Assembly (NCBI GenBank): GCA_051362555.1
Contig: CM120640.1
Span: 22,218,851 to 22,282,850, forward strand
DNA: 64,000 nt
From: Lingula anatina
Lineage: Eukaryota > Animalia > Brachiopoda
Reading direction: 5' to 3'
The position numbers were made by a program, and so were the translations under genes. Positions 29,664 to 40,169 of the stretch are shown one piece after another (position 1 is the stretch's first letter; each line of letters begins with the position of its first letter). Under the pieces are notes generated by a model. It saw only the letters and a list, made by a program, of their open reading frames with translations. It ran no database searches and had not been told where the DNA came from.

Positions 29664-30307
29664 CTGGAAACAAATATATGGATTCATTCTACTGTAAAGT
29701 AAATGGAAAAGGGATGATGGCCAACTACCACAGACTACTTGAATTCGTGTTTTGACAAAAGTCTTCATGATCTTAACTAATCTATCATTTCAGAACTTTA
29801 AGACATTAAATTAAACTTAAGTGAGCAATGCCAACTAGACAGAAAGACTGGTGCATATACAGATATTAAACAAAAAAGTCACAAATAGAAACAGTTATTT
29901 GGAAGAGAACATTTTTTAATTTATGTAGCCAATTATTAATTCAACATTAAGGTAAAATCCATCTGTAAATTTTGGCACATGTCTCATAAGGTAAAAATAC
30001 AGAACTACAGTTTGGCATTGAGAGTGTATCATGTTCAGACACATATGCAATGTATAAGTTAAATGAAAGCATGGAAACCTTGGTAAAAATAATCTTATTA
30101 TGCCAATTTTCCAACTGACTTCGATTTTGTATCATGCAAAATTTAAAAATGTAATTTGGCATTTGCATCAACTGCAGCAACAGATGCAGATGATAAGAAT
30201 GTTTGTAGAAACTGTAAACAACATCACTCCGAGATTTGTATAGGAACAAATATATTTTATGTGTCTTACATCTAAATATTTCAGCAGTGCTCATACATTT
30301 GACTTAC

Positions 30308-30381
30308 ACAAGTTCTGTAGCAATTCCACCATTTCCAACAATAACAACCCTTCTTGCACTAGAAAGTCTTTCCTGAAACTC
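30308..30381 (-). CDS. PYROXD1: PYROXD1 coding exon 6
   Basis: EFQERLSSARRVVIVGNGGIATELV contains the second Rossmann motif; donor GTAAGT. Confidence 0.94.
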
Positions 30382-30559
30382 CTTTAACAAAGAATTCAAC
30401 ATTTTGAATATGCTATTAATTCAACAATTTTTCAACATTTGCCATTAAAATTGGATTTTCACTAGATTTCAACAAAGCACCATAACCTTAATTTTTGAGC
30501 ATTTTTTTATGCTTAGATGTGATCAACATGTGATTACATTTGTGATAAAGGTATCTGAC

Positions 30560-30616
30560 CTGTACACTTTCTGTATCTCTGATTCCAAGTACATGTTTGT
30601 CCCCTTCCATCAATAC
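30560..30616 (-). CDS. PYROXD1: PYROXD1 coding exon 5
   Basis: VLMEGDKHVLGIRDTESVQ; bounded by AG and GT. Confidence 0.92.
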
Positions 30617-30912
30617 CTGAAAATAAAGCACAGCAGATTCAAAATCTGGGACATTTATGTATTGAACAGTAATGAATTGTGGTAGTTGTGACTGCATGAT
30701 GTTATCAGTGATTGCATTTTCTGGCAGTGGAAACTTTGTAATTTAGTTCGCTTAACATCTATATAAAATCATTTACATTATACAGCTATTAAGGAATGCT
30801 TTCTTTTAGTAAAATACAAGTTTATTTTTAAAGTAAAATGTAAAGCAAAAGATATATTATCAATTAACATAAAAATCCTGATTTCTGCAATATACATTAC
30901 TACATAGTGTAC

Positions 30913-30984
30913 CTTTGGTTTTCCTCCAGTACATATGCAGAGTTTCCCATATCTATACCATTTTTCATCCACTATAAGCAATTT
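30913..30984 (-). CDS. PYROXD1: PYROXD1 coding exon 4
   Basis: KLLIVDEKWYRYGKLCICTGGKPK; bounded by AG and GT. Confidence 0.92.
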
Positions 30985-31155
30985 CTGTAATAAAATTAAT
31001 AGTAACATATACTTAAAGATTATATACTGCATAATTCAAAGCAATATTTCTATTACTTAAAACAAATGGTAAAAAGTAAATGAAATATAAAAGAAGTCCA
31101 CTATTATTTTAATGAAGTACAAACCCTACTATCAATGTAAAAAGTTATCACTAAC

Positions 31156-31275
31156 ATGTTCTTCATGGTCCATTTCTTTAACAGCAGTGTTTAGAACATG
31201 GATGTTTGGACAATCCAACTGTAACACAGACAATGGTTTTTCCACCACATCAAACTGCTGCAGTGTCCTGCCATA
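31156..31275 (-). CDS. PYROXD1: PYROXD1 coding exon 3
   Basis: YGRTLQQFDVVEKPLSVLQLDCPNIHVLNTAVKEMDHEEH; acceptor TACAG, donor GTTAGT. Confidence 0.9.
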
Positions 31276-31541
31276 CTGTAGAACAATGGGAAGAAAATTT
31301 TTCATAGTCAAAGAGTGTTGATGATTAGGTCTTATAAAAATCCTTTAAAACTTATACATGTATGTTAGAAAGTGTCCATTTATCGCTAAGCAAAACTTTT
31401 CTGTCACATTAAAAAAGATGTAAAGGGTGCATATCACAATCTACAAAATGCTGGGAAGCAAAAAATTATCTAAAAGAGCACACTTTTTATATCAAAACAA
31501 ATTCTATATAGCACACTTTAAAAAAAAAAAAGATCACATAC

Positions 31542-31622
31542 CTGTCTTAGATTTGACACTGCTTTAATGAGAGGGGAGGCACTTATAAGCAGGATTTTCT
31601 CTTCTGGACAAAGCAGTGAAAG
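31542..31622 (-). CDS. PYROXD1: PYROXD1 coding exon 2
   Basis: LSLLCPEEKILLISASPLIKAVSNLRQ; bounded by AG and GT, phase 0/0. Confidence 0.93.
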
Positions 31623-32057
31623 CTAGAATGAAAACCATAATAATTGAAATATGGGTGCATGTGATTTATGTTTTTGAAAGAAGCTATATAATATTATACA
31701 GATTTTATAACATTATCTTCATATAAATCCCACTCGCAGTCACTGTAAAGATGCTTTAACATGTTTAGGGAAACTTAAAAAGTCTCCTTTAGAAATGTGT
31801 ATATGAAACTGAAATTAATACAAGTTCTTTTTTTTTTCATCTTAACTTCAATTTATTTGTTGCCAGAACAGTGAAATATTGCAGAAGTAGGATGCCAATT
31901 GTTTAATTTTGTAGTGAAAGAGTGTGATGACGGAGTATGAGCAAAAAGCAAATATGAAAATCTAAATCCTGTGCAAGAAGACATGGGTTTATTGAGATTT
32001 ATAGTTTCAAACGTATAAATATTGCTTTCTGTGACAATCAATTGTTTTAAAACGTAC

Positions 32058-32141
32058 CGTTTCTGCACATGTTACACCTGCAATACCACCACCCACAACT
32101 ATGAATGGATAATATTCACACTGAAGCTGTTCACCAGACAT
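32058..32141 (-). CDS. PYROXD1: PYROXD1 coding exon 1
   Basis: MSGEQLQCEYYPFIVVGGGIAGVTCAET contains the FAD-binding GxGxxG motif; donor GTACGT. Confidence 0.93.
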
Positions 32142-32312
32142 TCTCTTCCTGGCTTATGTTGTCAGATACTCATGTTCACTCTGATATCTTGATGTTGGTG
32201 GTGACAGTCAATACAGTTGATACTCTCAATGTCGCAGTGTGTAAGTTCTGGTTATTTGAAAAAACATTACACTGGTTTTTCAAATGAATACAGCAGGATA
32301 ATCATACTATAC

Positions 32313-32361
32313 TTGCCTCAGTTGCCTAACGTGTAGTATGTAAGGCTGAAAACTGAGGTAA
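32313..32361. mobile_element. Internally deleted copy of the 35184-35511 MITE family
   Basis: GTGTAGTATGTAAGGCTGAAAACTGAGGTAA closely matches the right end of the 35184 element. The left end TTGCCTCAGTT matches its left terminus. Confidence 0.65.
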
Positions 32362-32884
32362 TCACACTACATGCATTGTGAAATTACAATATATCCAAAT
32401 AAGAGTCTGAATTGTTACTGTCGTCATTGAGCATAATGTTTTCAGTGGGTAGGTACCCACTGAGGCTTAGGGAATTTATATTGTAAGTATAAAGGATATA
32501 ACAGTTACACCAACAGATAACATAATTTTAAAATAATCAAACCAAAACACTTATCAGCATATCTATTATCACTTTCCTGGGGTGGTGCTAATGCTTGCCA
32601 ATCTTGAAAATTCTAAAACAGATTTAAATTGCCTGGCTGAAAGAAAATAGGGTTGATGTGGGGAGATCCAGAGATATTTTCCTACAGTCTTTCAAACTAT
32701 CTTTGTTGAACCATTTCTATTTTGACCATCTTCTGACAGAAAAAATTAGAGGCCAGTCAATGCAAACACAAAAAAATCTGTCTTTCGAAAGGCCCAGAAG
32801 ATGACTTCCATCTGCCCCTGGTTGATTTGACTTCTTTTAGTCATAAGGGAGAAAAAGGGAATGTAAAAGTAGTGATTTGGCTAA

Positions 32885-34016
32885 GGGCCCCTTTACACTG
32901 GACGGCGTCCTTTCTGCGTCCCTTCTGCGTTCAAAAATGTGGTCAGGACGCTCAACCGTCTCCAAAGCAATTAAATCGTGTCTCAGTGTAAAGGCATCTG
33001 CGTCCCTTGTGCGTCCTTTGAACGACCGAATCTTGATTTTACCTGTAAAACCTGCCTGCCTCCACTGTACGTCCCCTGTGCAACCCAAGGCGTCCATTGC
33101 GATGTTTGAGCGACCATTGAGCATTATTGCTACATTCTCTGTACCTTCATTGGCGATCAGTGGCGTCTATTCTACGATCATTCTGCATCCTGCTTGACCG
33201 ATGAGCGTTGTTTGGGCGTCCTTCTCTATATATTCTAACAGTAACTCATATTTTTTCATCAGTTCTAACCAGGTCATCCAATAAAGAACATTATCAGTAC
33301 ACAAAACAAATAAATGGGAATAAAGGTTTTAAACTATAGTGATGCAAGGTCTGCATGTACTGGTAATCAGCCAGATGCTCATTGTTATCCTTATAAGAAG
33401 GATGGACAGGCGCCAAAAACGAGTATGACTGACACAACATAGAATAGAATGTTTGAATCCGTTTTCAAATGACGCATTCTGCAAAAAGTTCTGACAATTA
33501 ATGCATCTTGTAAAATAGGCAAAATATTCGTTTTATAATAACCTGGATAGTTTCATAATTTTTAGGGGAAAAAACAATCAGAGGCTAATATGAGATCACT
33601 GTTGCCCTTAGAATTCCTGTCTGGTGAAAAATACCTCAGCACGGCCCCGTTTAAGAGTGAAAGAAAATAATGTTCTACGTGCCGAACACTGGACGATCTT
33701 TGAGTTTTCATTCTGCAACCAAAGCGATGCTTGTGCCTCCTTTCTACGACCGCGGCGATGCTTTTGCGTCCTCTCTGCGACCACAGCGATGCTTGTGCGT
33801 TCTTTCTGCGTCCATTGAGCAACCATTCTCCATCGCGTTCTCTCTGCGATTGTTTTGAACATGCTCAAAACTTCGCGGCGTCCTCGGCGATGCTTGAATG
33901 TTCTTTGTGCGACCTTGGTGATCACTGTGCGTTCTTTGAGTGTCTGACGGCGTCCTGGCCAGTTTCATGGTCGCACAAAGGACACAGAAAGGACGCCGTC
34001 CAGTGTAAAGGGGGTT
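32885..34016. mobile_element. Non-autonomous PIF/Harbinger-type DNA transposon (~1.13 kb)
   Basis: TIRs (GGG)CCCCTTTACACTGGACGGCGTCCTTTCTG and CAGAAAGGACGCCGTCCAGTGTAAAGGGG(GTT). TAA target duplication at 32882-84 and 34017-19. GC-rich subterminal GCGTCC/GCGTTC/GCGATGC repeats. No transposase ORF. Confidence 0.9.
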
Positions 34017-34423
34017 TAAGCAAACCCAACTTTCCACCACTATCCTTCAAGAGTTTCACAATCACAGGTAATTATCCTAGTCTAGAAAAGGCAAGAAGGC
34101 ACCCCTGCTAAGAGCTCAAAAACCTGTACACAAGCCATTCGAGAACCACTTTAAAACAAACATAGCACTAAACAACCTTTATCAACTCCCTTAGGTTTAG
34201 TGGGCACATAACCACTGAAGATAGCCTGCTGAGGACAGAAGGATACTGAAATTTGTCAATCAAACATTGTGCCTGGCCAAGTTTAATTATCATGTTTTTA
34301 CTAGTTACCAGTGTTTACCCGTGCGAAGTAAAATTTTCATTTTTTCACAATGGTACTACATTTCCTATGAGATTTTACTACATTCCCCGTGAGGTGGTGA
34401 ATTTAGAATAAACCGCAACTCAC

Positions 34424-34862
34424 ATTTAACTAGGCGACTGCTGCATGTTCCATGTTTACAATGTTATCACAGGGGCCAATAAATACTGTATAAGTATTTG
34501 AGAATATGCCTTCCATCTGATCTTAATGTAGAATAAAAATAAAATAAAAATGTATTTTAGTCTCATAATGGTAAAAATGCGTCCAACAAATCATATTTCT
34601 AGGTAATTTTAAAGATTTAGATACTGCTCCCTGTGTTCCGCCTCGCTCTCGTAGTATTGCTTCTTGCGCCCCAGTTCGTCTCTGTGTCACTATCATCATG
34701 GAATTATTTGATTGTTCTTAAACGAGGCTCTTCTTGGGAGAATGCGCAGCCGCATCTTTACCCCAACATCGTCAAAGATAGGGATAGATTGTTTGAAATC
34801 ACGCCATGTAACACGCCATATAACATTACATATTTAAGCTGTAAGTGGTGCACCATATTCAG
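34424..34862. promoter_or_regulatory. Putative bidirectional promoter with divergent non-coding first exons (PYROXD1 on -, ankyrin/SOCS gene on +)
   Basis: Minus-strand donor AAT|GTGAGT at 34424 could join an acceptor at 32247 upstream of the PYROXD1 ATG. Plus-strand donor CAG|GTAAGT at 34862 could join the acceptor at 37782. CpG is locally enriched. Inferred without transcript data. Confidence 0.55.
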
Positions 34863-35183
34863 GTAAGTTACGAGTTCTACTGGTAATGGAATGGAGTCGA
34901 CTATTTTTGATTAACAGAAAATAATGGCAATTTTAGTGACAAAGATTGTCATCACGCATCAGCCGGTTGCTCAGCCTTCGTCCGAGTTGCCAAGTTTTTA
35001 TGCTCTGGCATGCGTATGGATGTCTACTGTTACTGAATGCAAGATACACATAGGCTTACTATGAAAAGCAAGCCACTACTTAAGTTTACCAAAATATAAA
35101 AAATTACTACGTTCTACCATATAAAATACGTGTAACGCTTCGGAGATGTAGCGATTTAGGATTGGGAGGGGGGGGGGGGGGGG

Positions 35184-35511
35184 TTGCCTCATTTCCAGTC
35201 TTACATGCTACGCAGGTAAGGGCCTGCAACACCCTGTGTTACAAATTCTAGAGGCTATAAATACTAGTATGCAAACCCTGGGATAACTGTTTGTGTCCTT
35301 CATCACACCTGCGGCATGTGATTCATAAATATATAGTCATTTTGTATGGGTTCATGAACCAGTTTGATAAAGTTTTACTCATGTTATTCCACCTATAGAG
35401 TAGTGTTAACACTCGTGCCTGCCTATTAAAAGTTTATTGTCACAAGAGCATGTAACAGAGGGTGTTATGAATCCTTACTTGTGTAGCATGTAAGGCTGAA
35501 AGCTGGGGCTA
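35184..35511. mobile_element. Long-TIR foldback MITE (T(A/T)GCCTCAG-type termini), 328 bp
   Basis: About 65-bp diverged inverted arms: TTGCCTCATTTCCAGTCTTACATGCTACGCAGGTAAGG against the reverse complement of CCTTACTTGTGTAGCATGTAAGGCTGAAAGCTGGGGCTA. Confidence 0.78.
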
Positions 35512-35931
35512 GGAGGGTGTTAATGATGTGGAAATGACCCTTTGGGGTTTTATTAATCGGTCCAATAATTCTGGAGAAATTCAAGTTGAAGCAGGTGCTT
35601 TTACTGCCGCCACTTAGTCAAGCCCATAGTCACATATAATGAGGACAGATTTTGAAACACAAATATATAGAGAATCTTAATAGATGGATGGTTTTGAAGT
35701 ACTGGCATTGTACACCCAGGAAGTTATTGTATTCTTTCAGAAGCTTCAGACTATTTTGTCTGGCTGTTGAGAATTTGTCTGGCTGTTTCAGCCTCTTGAC
35801 ATTTGCTATCGCATCATAAATATCTAGTGTGCCAACTGCAGACAATGACTCTCTCATTTGGTTTCCAGACTCTCATGTATGTGGTTTGGTGCAGTGAACA
35901 GAAAAATTGCTCATAGACTGAAAATAACTGA

Positions 35932-36480
35932 TACCCCGTTCACACTACGCTCAGTTATCCGGATAAGTTGCGAATTAGGTCACAATTCGAATAAATGCAG
36001 TAGTGTGAACGCAAGAGGATTTTGAAAATGCGCATTTTCAAAATCCTGCAAGCGAGGTGGATTTCTAAGCGCGATCCGGATAACTTACCGGAATCGACAC
36101 CTGTACAGATCTTACTGCGCATGTGTGCAGATAAGTGCGGGTATCTATGAACGCTGGTTTAATACTTTAGCGATTGCACCAAACGTATTTGGAGGTCACC
36201 ACTCACTACAACATGAGGAAACAAACTTATTTTGCCACTACTTCTCAAGAATGCTGGAATGTCTTTTGAGTTGCATTTGTCGTCACAAATTTTTGTTGAT
36301 ATTTTAAGATTTCCTGTGCGGCGCATGCGCGAGTGTTCAAAACAGGAAGTTAAACCTGAAATTTTCAACGTAGGATTCGGATTCGCTTAGCGAGTGTGAA
36401 CGCAATACCGAATCGGATTCCTTATGAAAAATCCGAATTATAGAAATGCGCATTTTGGCAACTGTAGTGTGAACGGGGTA
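35932..36480. mobile_element. PIF/Harbinger-type (Tourist-like) MITE, 549 bp
   Basis: Perfect 17-bp TIRs TACCCCGTTCACACTAC / GTAGTGTGAACGGGGTA, 3-bp TGA duplication on both sides, and internal TIR-like copies and palindromes. Confidence 0.9.
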
Positions 36481-36659
36481 TGAACCTCATTGTTGATGAA
36501 ACTTACTTGAAGAGTGGTGTGGCTTGTCTAAATGGGAAACTGTACTGATTGAGATTGTTTTTTTTTTTATAATGCCAAAAATGTCCACCAAAATATCTTC
36601 CATATACTACCTTGCATCTTTCAAGAAGCAAAGTAAATTACTTATACCTAAATGACTAA

Positions 36660-36875
36660 GACCCCATTCCCATGGATATTTAGATCGATCTATCCCCCTG
36701 GGGAGTCTCACTAGATTGGTGTCAGCTTAACGGGCTTAAATGTCTGTCTCGCCTACTAAAAGCTGTAAGGGGGTAATTAAATGTCGTGCTTGCTTGGCTG
36801 ACAGCAATTTAGCGTGAATCCCCAGGGAGTTAGGTCGATCCAGATGGATCAATCTAAATCTCTGGGAATGCACTC
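36660..36875. mobile_element. Foldback MITE, PIF/Harbinger-like, 216 bp
   Basis: Ends GACCCCATTCCCA... and ...TGGGAATGCACTC with a TAA duplication. The arms stay complementary for about 70 bp (CCCTGGGGA..T.GTCAGC against GCTGACA..TCCCCAGGG). Confidence 0.78.
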
Positions 36876-37799
36876 TAAGACAAATACTATAATAATTTGT
36901 TTTACAAATATATTTGTATGGGCATTATCTTTGATAATGTGAAAAAAATGTCTGTCCTGTATTATAGAGGTCACTGCTAGTTAGTGTTAGCAGTCTGCTC
37001 TATAAAATTTGGACCTGATATATTAGTAAGCACTAAGGGACACCTTATAAGTCCATATTTCAGTGAAAATAAAGGCCTAACACTTGCAGAAAACATTGGG
37101 GCTTCCTTGTTGCTATGGGTGGAGGACATTTAATAAGCTGTAGTCGGGTTCTGTAAGTTGGCCCAGGTATGTTATATCCCTCGTAAGACGCCTGTACAGA
37201 TATGATAACTTGGACCATCTATGTTGTTGCACAGTGCTATCAGAGATTTAGTTTATAAAAACTACCTGACTGGTATTGTGCACTTAAATTGGTATTAGTC
37301 ATTTTTTAAAATAAAAGTGATAGATTGCTTAAGGTGAAATTCTGTGGCTTTTATCTTATCACCATAGCAATGTCAAAGAAATATGTACAGTGCTAAGTTT
37401 AAAATACACAAGAGGGGGTCAATAATTCAGATCAAATACCAGTAGGTCAGGAACATTATTGGTTATCAGGCACTAGACTTCAGACTGACACTTAATCCTT
37501 GATATAACACCTGCACTGGTACTTGTGTACTTCTAAAAAATGTAGTAAATGCTTTAAACAGGAGAAGAGATGCAGGTTGGACAGTTAATGTCCGTTCTCC
37601 TACCTAGGAAAATGATTTGTTGCCTTTTTTGAAAACAATGTAAATTTATGAATACATATATATGTCTTGTTTTACATTAAAGTTAACAGTTTTAAGAAAA
37701 TTAGAAAGTTAACTTGCTGTGAACATTGAAATTTATTTTGAAAAAACATATGAATTGTGACTGGATATGCTATATTTTCAGGGTGCTCTGTGAGGTCTG

Positions 37800-37942
37800 A
37801 TGATGTGGGAGTCATTAAGTGACTATTTCAAGTCGACCAGGCAGTTCGTGTCCCGTGTGCTGTCCCTGGGGAGATCACCCACTGAGACAGTGGCAGAGAA
37901 CATCCATGATGCTCTTGACTTACTACACAGAGATCTGCACAG
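37800..37942 (+). CDS. Ankyrin-repeat/SOCS-box protein, coding exon 1
   Basis: Acceptor TATTTTCAG ends at 37781. An in-frame TGA lies upstream of the ATG at 37800. Reads MMWESLSDYFKSTRQFVSRVL...LLHRDLH + AG|GTGAGC; phase 2 matches the next exon. Confidence 0.75.
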
Positions 37943-38176
37943 GTGAGCTACTACGTCACACATGGCATTTTAATTATGTCTCAAATCTTTTACTGTACTT
38001 AAATGCTTTTTTTTCTGTTTGGAAAAAAGATGAGTTGTAAGTGAATTATTTTTGTTTGAAAAGCTTATGTAAATTTTACCAGTTTCTTAGATGATGCAAA
38101 GACTATAGCAAAAGTATTAATCTAGATTTATAAAACATTCATGAAAAGTAGTAAGTTAAGGATATCTCTGTTTCAG

Positions 38177-40169
38177 ATACCATATTTTGACAGATGAGAC
38201 AGTGAAGAGTGTCATAGGTCTAGTTGAAGACTGTCCGGTCAGACAGAACATTTTGGACATCACAGACAGCGAGGGTTATAACATCTTCCAGCTGGCAGTG
38301 GTCGCCAATAGTGCCAACCTTGTGGACTACTTGCTAAGTCGAGGTTATGACCCAGATGCTGGCCGCTGCAGCCTCCCCCTCCACCTGGCCTGCCACCTTG
38401 GCCATACAGAGGTCACCAAGTTACTGCTCACCCATGGGGCTAAGGCAGGGCTGGAAGTTGGGATGTGTTACCCAAGGGTGCACAAGTGTGGCCAGTGGTC
38501 AGGATCCAAGTTCTTCTTCCTCAGTAAGTCAGCCCAGGAATGTTACATCCCTCCCAAGATGCCTGTACTGTATGCTGTGGAGAAGGATTATAAAGACGTG
38601 GTGAAGCTGATGTATACAAGCAGGAATGGTGAGGCAGCATGCTACAAGAAACTGAACTTGTTACACCATGCCTGTAGATATGGTGCCCTAGAGTGTGCCA
38701 AGTATTTCTCAGAGGAACTGCCTGATCAGCTGGATGTGGTGGAAGACTCTGGGGAGACCCCTGCCTCCCTGATTGTTCCCTGGGGTTATAAGCATACTAG
38801 CTTTATGGTGAAATCTGGTGCTGATATCACAAAGAGAACTGCATCTGGTCAGTCTTTACTCCATGCACTGTTCTTGCACTCAAAGAAACCATTTGAGATG
38901 TATGACACAACAAAATTATTGTTAGGGAGTGGACTGGAGCAGCTAGTCAATGTAACGGATAGTGCTGGTAATACTGCCTTGCACTATCTGGTGGAACATA
39001 TCAACAGAGGTGTTGGGCGTGTCATCCCAGGCACAGGTGGCCTCCCCAAGTCAGACATTGTGGTACTTCAGAACCAGTACCAGGTAGAGGTACTGAGATG
39101 CTTGGATCTCATGTTCAGTCATAACTGTGATGCTGGTATTGTCAACAGCATGGGTATGTCTGCTGCTGATAAACTGATACTCACTTTCAGTGTTGTTACA
39201 AATAATAACCTTCTTTTGGAAGGGACGGTTCCAGAGCCTGATTTTGATATCTTATATGAAGCTTTAAGATACTTCACTCAGCATGCCATAACTAGTCAAG
39301 ATTTTGTCTCTGTGGCTCTAGCAAGGATCATCCACTGTATAACCTGTACTGACATCAGCAGCATGCCCAGATATGCTGAGGGTTTCATGAAGTGCCTTGG
39401 CCTGTTGTGCCAGCATGGTGCCAACCCTAATATAATCCTCCCTGATGCCAGCCCAGTGATGGCGATGCTGGGAGACATTGCCAGGAAATGTGTGTCAGTT
39501 CAAGATTCAGGTGACAGGGAAGGTGTTGTGATTCTGAAACAAACAACTGCTATATTCATCAGTGATTTGTTGGCTCTACTGCTTGCCCACCAGCTCAACC
39601 CAAACTATACAACCCATCGCAGGGACAGCCATGAGGAAAGCAGCATCAATGGCCTGTCTCAGTTCATCAAACTAGTGCCTTATATTAATGACCCAGAGGA
39701 TCTTAAACTGCTGCACAGGTGGCTGCTCACCTTAATCCAGTATGGAGCTAACCCTGATATTGAGCCGTATCCCTCAGAGCCCATCATTTGCCACTCCCAG
39801 AGCTCCATCTACCTAAAGCATAACCACACTCAGGCTGTCAACCAGTATGTCCACCATATCCAAGATTTCAGCATCTTTTTCCAGGGCAGCCATGCAGAGG
39901 AGCTGCTGATGTTATTCTACAATACCATGGACCACAGTGCCTTGTATCAGTGCCTGAGCACAGCCCGCCTGATGTCGCGATTCGATCCAGATCACCTTCC
40001 CAGCCAGGACTTTATTCATATGCTTAACACACTCACCTCTAACCCCAGGACCTTGCAGCAGATGGCCAAAGTGGTTATTTACAAAGCTATTGACCGTAAG
40101 CTGGCCACCAAAGTGGACAAACTGCCCCTACCACCGAGACTTAAACGTTCCTTGATGAATGTGAATTGA
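38177..40169 (+). CDS. Ankyrin-repeat/SOCS-box (ASB-like) protein, large terminal coding exon; full protein 711 aa
   Basis: Acceptor TGTTTCAG ends at 38176, in frame with the 660-aa ORF. Ankyrin motifs: GYNIFQLAVV, SLPLHLACHLGHTEVTKLLLTHGA, LLHHACRYGALEC, GNTALHYLV, HGANPN. C-terminal SOCS box PRTLQQMAKVVI...VDKLPLPPRLKRSL. Confidence 0.92.

Noticed and set aside
32837-34111. Overlapping 60-126 aa ORFs as a transposase
   Set aside because: They come from GC-rich subterminal repeats and show no DDE or Myb-like motifs.
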